Shown: positions 50,401-60,998 of the stretch, piece by piece | Position numbering within the stretch: the stretch's first letter is position 1 | How the letters are laid out: every line of letters starts with the position of its first letter | NCBI RefSeq assembly: GCF_963921235.1 | Contig: NC_086097.1 | Location: 174,842,001-174,906,000 of the forward strand | Direction of reading: 5' to 3' | DNA: 64,000 nt | From: Mobula hypostoma | Lineage: Eukaryota | Made by a program: the position numbers and the translations under genes | Notes under the pieces: model-generated | The model's input: the letters and a program-made list of their open reading frames with translations, nothing else | The model's database searches: none | What the model was told of the DNA's origin: nothing

Positions 50401-51420
50401 TCTTGTACACAGCCTCTGTGTTGGTGCTCCACTCAAGTCTGACATCCAGGTGCAACCCCCAGGAACTTGTAGGTCCTCACCACATTAACATCCTCAACAT
50501 CAATAGTAACATGGATCAATGCAGGCTTAGTCTTCCTAAAGTCCATCACCATCTCCTTTGTCTTACTGATGTTGAGCTGCAGATTATGCAGCTTGCACCT
50601 TTTGACAAAGTTCTCCACCAGGGCCCTGTATTCATCCTCCCTTTACACACCCAATTATTGCTGAGTGATCAGAGAATTTCTGCAGGTGACATGACTATGC
50701 ATGGAACAGTAGGCACTCCTAATGATTGTGTAACAGTGGTTGAGTGTGTTGGGACCCCTGGTGCTGCAGATGATATATTGATAATTGGGAAGAGATTTCT
50801 TCAAACAAGCCTGATTGAAATCCCCAACAATGATTTGAAAGACCATTGGGATGGGCTGTTTCTTGTGTGCTGATCATGGCAATTAGTACCTTGAGTGTCT
50901 GCTTAATGTTGGCCTTTGACGATATGTAAACTGCGATCAGGATCACAGAGGTGAACTCTCTTGGTAAAGTAGAATGGTCTGCACTTAATTATTACATGTT
51001 CCAAGTTGGAGAGCAAGAGTGCGACAAGACCACTGCATTAGAGCGCTACTAAAAGTTTATCATTGAAACCTTTGCCTTCTCCGAATCAGCAGTCCGGTCC
51101 ATTCAGTGTATTGAGAAGCCCTCAGGTTTTACCAACATATTCAGCGTGTCCGGAGTGAGCCATGTCTCCATGAAACAAAAAACACAGCTATTCCTCATTT
51201 CCCTCCAGAACAGCAATCTTGCCCTTAGGTCCTCAATCTTGTTCTCCAGCAACTGTACATTTGAAAACAAGATGCTGGATAGAGGGCATTTCAGTCTGAC
51301 TAGGAGTCCTCCCCTTCTCCCTCTCTTTTGGCCCTGGTGATATACCTTCATTTGCCTAAAGGTGCCATGCCTGTGTGCTTCAGAGTTAGGTCTGCAATAG
51401 CATTCAGAAGAATGTGAAAG
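47500..51420 (-). mobile_element. Composite Rex1/Babar-type LINE (endonuclease through 3' UTR) with nested inserts
   Basis: SILFSNVQLLENKIEDLRARL..CVFCFMETWL (endonuclease), [48 protein letters not shown]. Interrupted by a SINE (~47885-48030), a non-coding element (~49420-50125) and a second Rex family (~50225-50700). Confidence 0.85.
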
Positions 51421-51714
51421 CGCTAGTTCATTAAGACGGTTCAAAAGTTTGTTACTTAAAAGGAAATTGCAGGCTGCAGATTGGAATGAGAGTAGTTCAG
51501 AAGTATCTTTGGAAGTTTTGTAAGAGAAAATGGGGTATGGAGAGGATGATTGTGAGGGTTATTGAGGCTTCGGGTGTAGCATAGATGGGTACCCACAAAG
51601 GACCAAAAATGCGTAACAGTCTGGGAAGATGTGGAGGTGTCCAGCAAAAGGGTCATTTCAGGAAAGCTTAGTCCAACCTCACATAGAGTGTTGTGAAAGC
51701 ACAATGCACAGGGA

Positions 51715-52185
51715 ATCCCAAAACACACAGACTGTTGGAGGAACTCAGCAAGTCTGCCAGCATCTATGGAGGGACATAAATAAGTCAATGTTTCAGGCTG
51801 AAACCTTTCATCAGGACTGGAAAGGAAGGGGGCAGGAACCAGAATAAGAAGGTGGGAGGGAAAGGAGTGCAAACTGGCAGCTGATGGGTGAGACCAGGTG
51901 AGGGGGAAGGTGGGTGGGTGGTGGAGGGGGGGGTGAAAGGGAATGATCTGAGAAGTTGGGAAGTGATGGGTGGAAAAAGTAAAGGGCTGAAGAAGGAGGA
52001 ATATGATGGGAGAGGATAATGGACCATGGAATAACAGGAATGTATTGGAGAACCAGAGGACGTGATGGGCAAGTCATGAGAGTGGGGGAAAAGAAGAGAA
52101 GGGGAGAGAGGACCACAAGAAAGAGGGAAACCAAAGGTGGAGGGGAACAGAGAATGAATTAGAGAAATCGATGTTCATGCCATCA
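51715..52185 (-). mobile_element. PLE 3' fragment (last ORF codons DGMNIDFSN + terminal repeat) with hammerhead motif at 51783-51818
   Basis: Minus strand AGUC-CUGAUGA-A-AGGU(UUCA)GCCU-GAAACAUU-GACU; the ORF end matches the 38661-39533 C-terminus. Confidence 0.8.
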
Positions 52186-52433
52186 TGTGGAATGATATCA
52201 TCCCATGAGAGACTTTCATAGATATGAGGGATGCTAGGGAAACCCTTGACAGAAAGTGACTGGGTAAATTTACAGATTGACCCAATCCCACCTGCAATCA
52301 TTCTTGCTGAACTTTACTCTGGGGTAGATAAACAGTTCCCCATTATGTGTTTAACATTGAGTGACGATGTAATACTGATTGGACTTGGTCTATTAAATAT
52401 GTTAATGGTGGGTTGTGTTTGTTTTCTCTGCAG

Positions 52434-52555
52434 GGGGGTCACTGGCTGTTCTGGGAACCTACCTTCTTGTGACCTTTGCCATTAATGGACAGCAAGACAT
52501 CACAGCCATTAAGATCCATAACTATATCGTCAGTTGGGAGTTCTTGGTTTACTTG
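52434..52555 (+). CDS. NIPAL2: NIPAL2 coding exon (122 nt, phase 1-0): GGSLAVLGTYLLVTFAINGQQDITAIKIHNYIVSWEFLVYL
   Basis: Acceptor gttttctctgcag, donor TTG|gtaaga. GTYLLV.FA and W.FL.Y motifs of NIPAL2/3. Confidence 0.93.
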
Positions 52556-52595
52556 GTAAGAGACCATATCATCCTTGGTAAGAGACCATATCATC
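52552..52595 (+). repeat. Perfect 22-bp tandem duplication spanning the NIPAL2 exon donor site
   Basis: cttggtaagagaccatatcatc at 52552-52573 and 52574-52595. Confidence 0.97.
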
Positions 52596-52836
52596 TACAG
52601 TTGCTTCATCTTGTTAAAACTTGTACAGTAATTCAATGACAATTGGATACCATCCCTGAAAAATGAAGTGATTGGACAAAGAGTATGACCTTTGATTGTC
52701 TCACGAAGATCCCAACTTCCAGAGGGGAATTGGCTGCTGGTTCCAATGACCTGGGAGGTCAAAGTCGAGTTTGCACATGTGCAATGAAAAACTCACGTGC
52801 ATCAGCACATAGTAGCATTCAGAAGAAAAGCATATA

Positions 52837-53442
52837 CAGGTGTCCCCCACTTTTTGAACGTTTGCCTTACAAAACCTTACTGTTACGAAAGACCTACATT
52901 AGTTCCCTGTTTTTGCTAACAGAAGGTGTTTTCACTGTTATGAAAAAAGGCAGCGCACGGGAAAAGTAGCGTGCGAAAAAAGCAGCGCGCGCCCCAAGCA
53001 GCCGCTCTCCCCCGGATTCGGAACGGCATTCTCGCCGGCATTGCTTAAACACGTGCCTGTGAGCAGCCGTTAGCAAGATGCGTTCTAAGGTATCGGAAGA
53101 GCCTGAAAGAGCTGGTAAGGGTGTTACACTTAGTGTAAAATTAGACATAATTAAGCGTTTTGATCGTGGTGAACGAAGTAAGGACTAAGTGAGTTTGGCT
53201 TGTGCAAGTTGACGAAGATGATGTTGAAGAGGTTTTGGCATCCCATGACCAAGAACTGATAGATGAAGAGCTGATGCAATTGGAAGAGGAAAGGATAACA
53301 ATCGAAACCGAATGCAGTAGCGAACGGACAGAAAGTGAAGTTGTCCAGGAACTGAACGTGAAGCAACTGCGTGAGATTTTCGCTGCAATGATAAAGTACG
53401 ACTTTAATTTTGAAAGAGTGCATCGGTTTAGGGCATATTTGC
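52837..53442 (+). mobile_element. Tigger/pogo DNA transposon deletion derivative (left end, HTH start, acidic C-terminal remnant)
   Basis: TA|CAGGTGTCCCCC terminus. 53078-53188 encodes MRSKVSEEPERAGKGVTLSVKLDIIKRFDRGERSKD* (CENP-B/psq-like HTH), then VDEDDVEEVLASHDQELIDEELMQLEEE (Tigger C-terminus). DDE domain and right TIR are absent. Confidence 0.8.
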
Positions 53443-53499
53443 ATTCAGTGATGTGTTCAATTGGCCTTCCTGACCAGCTCTCTTCTAATGCTTAATGAT

Positions 53500-54820
53500 G
53501 ATCAAATCAGATTTTAATATCACTGACTTAAGATATGTGAAATTTATTCTTTTGAGACAGCAGTACATGTAAAGAGATTTAAAAAGTTGGAAATTACAAA
53601 AATAAAGTAGTGCAAAAAGAAGGAAAAAGGAATAATGATGTAGTTTTCAAAGCTCAAAGTAAATTTATTATCAAAGTACATGTATATTACCAAATACAAT
53701 CTGAGATCGTTTTCTTGCGGGTATTTACAGTAAGTACAAGAAACACAATAGAACCAATTGAAGACTGTATCCAACAAGGTGGATAAACAACTTGCATGCA
53801 AAGGATAACAAACTGCAAATGTAAAAAGAAAAAAAGAAATAGTGCTAGTAGTAGTAATAATAATAAATTAGCAATAGATATCTATCATGAGACAAAGAGC
53901 CCTTGAAAGTAAATCCATAGATTGGTAGTTATCCCCTCTGGTTCTAGCCCTTGAAGGTTGAGGGGTAATAACTGTTCCTGAACCAGGTGATGTTGGCCCT
54001 GGTGCTCCTGTGCGGCCTTCCTGATTGCAGCAGTGAGAAGAGAGCATGGCCTGCATGGTGGAGGTCCTTGATGATGGATGATGCTTCCTTGCAACAGCAT
54101 TACATATAGATGTGCTCAGTAGAGGGGAGGGCTTTACCCATGACGGACTGGGCTGTATCCACTACTTTTTGTAGGACTTTCCACTCAAGGGCATTGGTGT
54201 TTCCATAGCAGGCTGCGTTGCAACCTGTCAATATACTCTCTACCAGACATCTATAAAAGTTTGTCAAAGTCCTAGGTGACATGCAGAATCTTCACAAACT
54301 TCTAAGAAAGTGGAAGAGCTGCCATGCATTAAAGCTGCTGACCCTGTCCATCTCTGATCCCCCAATGAGGGCTGTCTCATGGACCTCCGGTTTCATCCTC
54401 ATGAAGTCAATAATCTGCTGTCAGCTCCTTAATCTTGCTGTCATCGAGTTACCAGTGGTTGTTGTGCCACCACTCAGCTAGATTTTCAGTCACCCTCCTA
54501 TTTGCTGATTCGTCATTACCTTCGATTCGGCCTTTGACAGTGGTGTCGTCGTCAAACATAAATATGGCATTGGAGCTGTGCTTAGCCCCTCGGTCATAAG
54601 TGTAGAGCGAGTAGAGCAGGGGGCTAAGCACACAGCCTTGTGGTGCACCTGTGCTGATGGAGATTGTGGAGGAGATATTGTTGCCAATCCAAATTGACTG
54701 GGGTCTGCAAGAGAGGATCCAGTTGCACAAGGAGGTGTTGATGTCAAGGTCCTTGAATCTTATTGATTAGATTTGAGGGGATGATGGTATTGAATGTCGA
54801 GCTGTAGTCAATGAAGAAGT
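53500..54820 (-). mobile_element. Rex1/Babar-type LINE 3' portion
   Basis: [52 protein letters not shown]. Confidence 0.88.
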
Positions 54821-54942
54821 TCATATAAGCGTCTTTAACCTGATGTGTTAGCTATATTCTTCCAGGATTTCTGGTTTTGTTGCTGAAATGGTTACTTATT
54901 TTATAAACAGCTTCACACACTTAATGTCAAAGTCACATCAAA

Positions 54943-55480
54943 TTGCTTCTGGAGTATTGCATTCATTTCTGGTCATCCCATTGTAGGAAGGATATGGAGG
55001 CTTTGGAGAGGGTGCAGAAAAAGTTCACCAGGATGCCTGGATTAGAGGACAGATGCTACGAGGAGAAGTTGGACATACTTAGGTTGTTTTCTCTGGAGCA
55101 GTGGAGAATAGAGAACTTTAATAACCCTGATAAAAGTTTATAAGAATGTGAGTGACATAGATAGAGAGCCAATAATTTTTTCCCCATCGTTGAAATACCT
55201 AATGTTAGAGAGAGGGGGTAAGTTTAAAGGAGATGGTTGGGACAGGTTTTTTTTTTAAAAAAACAGTGTGGTAGGTCCCTGGTGTGATGGTGGTAAAAGT
55301 GGGGGTGGAGGTGAATATGATAGAAACATTTAAGAGGCTCCTGAACAGGCACGTGGCCATGAAAAAAATGGAGGGATATGGACCTTATGTAGATGGAAAG
55401 GATTAGTGTAGATGAGCATTGTTAGCTTGATTATTTTGTCGCAATGTTTTGGATTCATATGCTATACCCTGCCATGTTCT
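54943..55480 (+). mobile_element. CR1 3' fragment
   Basis: LEYCIHFWSSHCRKDMEALERVQKKFTRMPGLE. Confidence 0.8.
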
Positions 55481-55600
55481 GTGTCTCTATGCAGTCTCAG
55501 TGATAGTTTCAAACCCTGAACCATGTTTCTGGATAATCTTTTTAACCATGGGAACTCCTTTACAGCATAACCACACAGTTTCCTTTCTGCTTCCTTGCAG

Positions 55601-55697
55601 ACATTGGAGTTTGTATTGTTCTGTGTTTTGCTGTATCTCAATAAGAGAAGAGGCCTGAACCACATTGTAATCTTACTGCTGATGTCCTCAATACTTG
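55601..55697 (+). CDS. NIPAL2: NIPAL2 coding exon (97 nt, phase 0-1): TLEFVLFCVLLYLNKRRGLNHIVILLLMSSIL
   Basis: Acceptor tttctgcttccttgcag, donor G|gtaagt. Matches 'LE..IFC.LLY..KRKG..H.VILL'. Confidence 0.93.
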
Positions 55698-56065
55698 GTA
55701 AGTACTCACAACTCCTTATTAATGATCTCTCCATGCCTTCTGCATTTCCTGATCCCTGCTACACTCCAGCCACGGTAGAGGAAGTGACACAGGGAGAACA
55801 TGTAAACTCCACACAGACAGTATGATTGTATCCAGTTTCCTAGATCCTACCTTGGACTATATTTCCTTCAACTTGCACAAATGCCATTATGTCTATTTTT
55901 ATTTATTTTGACGCAAATCATGTATTTATATGCATAATTTATGTTAATTTAAATTTGTAGTAACATATTTGTCATGACTGTGCCACTGCTGCTACAAACA
56001 TCTCATTTTCATGGCATTTATAACCTGGGTTCAACCTAAACACAAAATAAAACAACAAAAATATA

Positions 56066-56683
56066 GTAGTCATAGTCATACCTTATTGATCCCGGGGGAA
56101 ATTGGTTTTCGTTACAGTTGCACCATAAATAATTAAATAGTAATAAAACCATAAATAGTTAAATAGTAATATGTAAATTATGCCAGGAAATAAGTCCAGG
56201 ACCAGCCTATCGGCTCAGGGTGTCTGACCCTCCAAGGGAGGAGTTGTGAAGTTTGATGGCCACAGGCAGGAATGACTTCCTGTGACGCTCTGTGCTGCAT
56301 CTCGGTGGAATGAATCTCTGGCTGAATGTACTCCTGTGCCCAACCAATACATTATGTAGTGGATGGGAGACATTGACCAAGATGGCATGCAACTTGGACA
56401 GCATCCTCTTTTCAGACACCACCGTGAGAGAGTCCAGTTCCATCCCCACAACATCACTGGCCTTACGAATGAGTTTGTTGATTCTGTTGGTGTCTGCTAC
56501 CCTCAGCCTGCTGCCCCAGCACACAACAGCAAACATGATAGCACTGGCCACCACAGACTTGTAGAACATCCTCAGCATCGTCCGGCGGGTGTTAAAGGAC
56601 CTCAGTCTCCTCAGGAAATAGAGACGGCTCTGACCCTTCTTGTAGACAGCTTCAGTGTTCTTTGACCATTCCAGTTTATTGTC
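56066..56683 (-). mobile_element. Young 5'-truncated Rex1-type LINE with uninterrupted C-terminal ORF
   Basis: IDNKLEWSKNTEAVYKKGQSRLYFLRRLRSFN...RHRKSFLPVAIKLHNSS with no stops; (TATGAC)n tail; flanking aatata at 56060-56065 and 56684-56689. Confidence 0.88.
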
Positions 56684-56846
56684 AATATATAAACTTGAAT
56701 ATAGCAGAACTATACCTAAACAGACAAAGACTGCCAAAACACCACTGTGCAAAAGAAGTCAGACTGTACAAATAAAAATAATACTGAGAGCACACATTGT
56801 CGAGGTCCCTTGAAGGTGGGTCTCTAGGTCATAGAATCAGTTTTGA

Positions 56847-57083
<237 letters not shown>

Positions 57084-57559
57084 TAAGTCTGGTCAGAAAC
57101 ATGCCAGAGGGGGGTTAATCTGAGTCTTTCAATCCAGCCTGTCTCTGTTACCCTGTCAGTTTGTGATTATCTCAACAGTGGCTTGTGCTCCACAATTAGA
57201 TAAGTGACGAAATATCACCGTGCCGTGTCTGCCCTGTGAAAACTCACACTCATTCCTCAATCATACTTTGCTTTGCTTGTGCACAAGGAGAACAGCATGG
57301 CCCCTGTCACCCACACTGTTCTGATGGCAGAACAGAAAAATGCTACTTTTATACAGAATTGTCTAGCAGTTACAGATGTTGACCATTTGGCAAACTGTGT
57401 ATGTTTGAATCTTTGACTTGGAAGATCAATCACCATTCACAGTACAGGTGTTAAAAGTCAATAGAAACTACAAGCTAACAAATGATGACACTTTGAAATT
57501 AGTAAACCAATTGTCCCTCAGTTGATGTGTGTAGTTTGCATCCTTTTGCTATATTCTTA

Positions 57560-59595
57560 TCTTATCTCACATCTGCAGTGATGAAATGCTTGAGAGGTTG
57601 GTTATGGCTAGATCAATTTCTGCCTCAGCAAGGACCTGGACCCACTGCAATTTGCCTATCGCCACAAAATCTCAGTGGCTGTTCATGTGGCCTTAGATCA
57701 CCTGGACTATACAAACACCTATGTCAGGATGCTGTTCCTTGGCTATAGTCAGCGTTTAGCACCATCATTCCCACAGAACTGATTGATAAGCTGCAGGTCC
57801 TGGGCCTCTGTACCTCCCTCTGCAATTGGATCCTTGACTTCTGACTGGAAGACCACAGTCTGTGCGGATTGGTGATAACATCTCCTCCTCGCTGATGGTC
57901 AACATCAGGGGTGCTGACCAGTGGTGCAGCTCAGGGGTGTGTGCGTAGCCCACTACTCTACTCTCTCTGTACCCATTGACTATGTGGCTAGGCACAGCTC
58001 AAGTACCATCTATAAATTTGCTGATGATACAATCATCGTTGGTAGAATGTCAGATGGAGATGAAAGGGCATACAGAGCAAAATATACCAACTATTGGAGT
58101 TATGTCCCAGCAATAAACTTGCACTCAATGTCAGTAAGATGAAAGACTTGATTGTGGGCTTCAGGAAGAGCAAGACGTGGGAACACAAACCAATCCTCAG
58201 AGGGATCAGAAGTGGAGAGAGTGAGCAATTTCTGTTTCCTGGTGGCGGGGCAGCGGTGGTTTGGCATGATCTCCGAGGATCCAACCTGGTCCCAACATAT
58301 CAATGTAGCTATAAAGAAGGCAAGTCAGGAGCTACAGTGCCTATAAAAAGTATTCACCCCTCCCCTGCTTTCATGTTTTATTGTTGATACAACATTGAAT
58401 AACAGTGGATTTAATTTAGCTCTTACAACACTGATCAACAAGAAAAGACTCTTTTGCGTCAAAGTGAAAACAAATTTCTACAAATTGGTTTAAATTTATT
58501 ACAATTATTAAAGACAAAATAATTGAATGCCTGATTACTCACCCTCTTCAAGTGAGTATTTAGTAGATGCACCTTTGGCAGCAATTACAGCCTTGAGTCT
58601 GTGTGGATAGGTCTCTATCAGCTTTGCACATCTGGACTGCAAATTTTCCCCATTCTTCTTTACAAAACTGTCAGCTCTGTCAGATTGCGTGGGGATTATG
58701 ATTGAACAGCCCTTTTCAAGTCCAGCCACAAATTCTCAATTGGATTGAGGTCTGGACTCTGACTTGGCCTCTCCTGGACATAAACTTTGTTGTTTTTAAG
58801 CCATTCCTGTGTAGCTTTGGCTTTATGCATGGGTCATTATCCATCTGGAAAACAAATCGTAGATCTCTTGCAGACCACATCAGGTTTTCCAGCAGGATTT
58901 CCCTGTATTTTGCTGCATTCATGTTACCCTCTATCTTCACAAACCTTCCAGGGCCTGCTGCAGTGAAGCATCCCCACAGTATGATGTAACCATCACCATC
59001 ATTCACAGTAGCGATGGTGTGTTTTTGATGATGTGTGGTGTTCGGCTTACATCAAACATAGCATTTAGTCTGATGGCCAAAAAGCTCAATTTTAGTTCCT
59101 CCAGACCATAGAACTATCTTCCAGCCGACTTCAGAGTCTTCCACGTGCCTTCTGGCCAACTCTAGCTGAGATTTCATGTGAGTGTTTTCAACAGTAGCTT
59201 TCTCTTTGCCACTCTCCTGTAAAGCTGCAACTGGGAAAACGCCTGGGGGATTAAATACTTTTTGTAGGCACTGCATATTTCATTAGGAGTTTGAGGAGAT
59301 TTGGTTTGTCATCTAAAACACTTGGAAAGTTCTTCAGATGCACTATGGAGTGTATTCTGACAGGCTGCATTACTGTCTGGTATGGGGGGTGGTGATACTG
59401 AACAGGATTGAAAGAAGCTACAGGAAGTTGTTAAATTAGCCAGCTCCATCTTGGGTACTAGACTCTATAGTATCCAACACATCTTCAAGGAACAGTGCCT
59501 CAGAAAAGTGGTGTCCATTATTAAGGACCCCCAACACTCAGCACATACCCTCTTCTCACTGTTACCATCAGGAAGGAGGTACAGAAGCCTGATGA
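57560..59595 (+). mobile_element. Rex1/Babar-type LINE RT region interrupted by a Tc1 element
   Basis: DLDPLQFAYRH, TIYKFADDTIIVG. The host reads KKASQEL|YFIRSLRRFG across the Tc1 insertion. Confidence 0.85.
58335..59273 (-). mobile_element. Tc1/mariner DNA transposon (internally deleted, DD34E-type transposase remnant)
   Basis: 20-bp TIRs cagtgcctataaaaagtatt / aatactttttgtaggcactg (1 mismatch); TA on the left and CA on the right. Motifs [46 protein letters not shown]. Confidence 0.92.
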
Positions 59596-59809
59596 TAAAA
59601 AATTAGAAGCAGGAGCAGGCCGGATGATCCTAGATCAACTTTCTGAATGAAATGGAGGTTGGTGTGGCACTTGTTTAACTTCAGTTCCTTCAGAAAGTTG
59701 ACCAAGTGCCACACTTTCTGATTCACTGAGTCAAAAAAACCCCAGCATTCTTTGATTGTGGTCCTATTCCTGTGCTGTACTCACCAATATTTTCTGTTCT
59801 AGATGTGTT

Positions 59810-60610
59810 GTGACTGGTCCCTCCTTGATCACTTCAAAGGTGGGCAGGGGAATAGCAGATGGAATTTAATCCTGATAAGTGTGAAGTGATGCATTTTCAG
59901 AGTAACACATGGTAAGACCCCAGAGAGTATCAAGGAACAGAGGGGCCTCGGTGTGTACGTCCAAGGATCTCAAAAGGCGGCAGAATGGGTTGAAAATATG
60001 ATGAGAAAGGCACATGGGATAGTAACCTTCAGAAGCTGGGGCACAGAATAGAGCAGAGGGGTTAACATGCAACTTTATAAAGAAATTTGGTTAGGCCACA
60101 GTGGAAAACCATATGCATTTCTGGTCCTTAACCTATAGGAAAGTTGTAATTACAGAGAGGGTGCAGAGGAGATTTGCCGGGATGTTACCTGGGATGGAGC
60201 AGCTGAGTTATGAGGGGAGACAGGACAAGCCAGGCTTGATTGAGGAGGATAGGCCAGGTGTGAGCAGAGGAGCCTGACAGAGGTGTACAAAACCATGAGG
60301 GGCAAAGACAAATAAGGGTTGTAAGAAACTCTCCCTCATGACAGGTATCAAAACCGGAGGATTAAGGGTGAGAGTGGATCTGAGCGAGAACTTCCGCCAC
60401 CCTGAAGATGTTGGAATATGGAATGCACTGAGCAAGATGGTGGTGGGGGCAGAGACTCTCGCCACCTTTGGCAAAGTATCTGAGCGAGAACTTGAATCAC
60501 CAGGGTACAGAATTCTATGGATCCAGAGCTGGTAAATGAATTTAGTGCTGATGAGTAATTGATGATTGGCACGATCATGACGGGCTGCAGTCTGTTTCTG
60601 TGGGGGTTGA
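59810..60610 (+). mobile_element. Old CR1 3' fragment
   Basis: cagatggaatttaatcctgataagtgtgaagtgatgcatttt (QMEFNPDKCEVMHF) and ERVQRRF.GMLPGME motifs, degenerate. Confidence 0.75.
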
Positions 60611-60909
60611 CTCCAGGAGATCCTTCCTCAATTCTGTCCTACACAGCTGACCCCATTACCGTGAACCAATGACCCTTAGTGTGAGATGTTCCAGCCAGAG
60701 GAAGCAGCCTCTTGGCGGGAACCCTCCCAGCCACTGTTGTTCTGAATAAGATCAGCTCTCCCTGCAAATTGCCTCGGTTACAGGCCCATCCTTAGTTATG
60801 CCAGGCTTGTGGTGAATGAAGCTCTGTACTGAAATTCTCCGGGTCACCAAATCTGTGAGCAAAGTGTGGATCTCTCTGCTTTAACTAAGACAATGGTATT
60901 TCCTTGCAG

Positions 60910-60998
60910 GTTCTTGAACCAAGCCATGCGCCTATATAATGCAACAGAAGTGGTACCAATCAATTTCGTTTTCTTTACAACCAGTGCTATTATTGCAG
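60910..60998 (+). CDS. NIPAL2: NIPAL2 coding exon (89 nt, phase 2-1): FLNQAMRLYNATEVVPINFVFFTTSAIIA
   Basis: Acceptor tttccttgcag, donor G|gtaggg. FLNQA..LYN...VVP.N..FFT.SAIIAG is NIPAL2-type. Confidence 0.95.
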
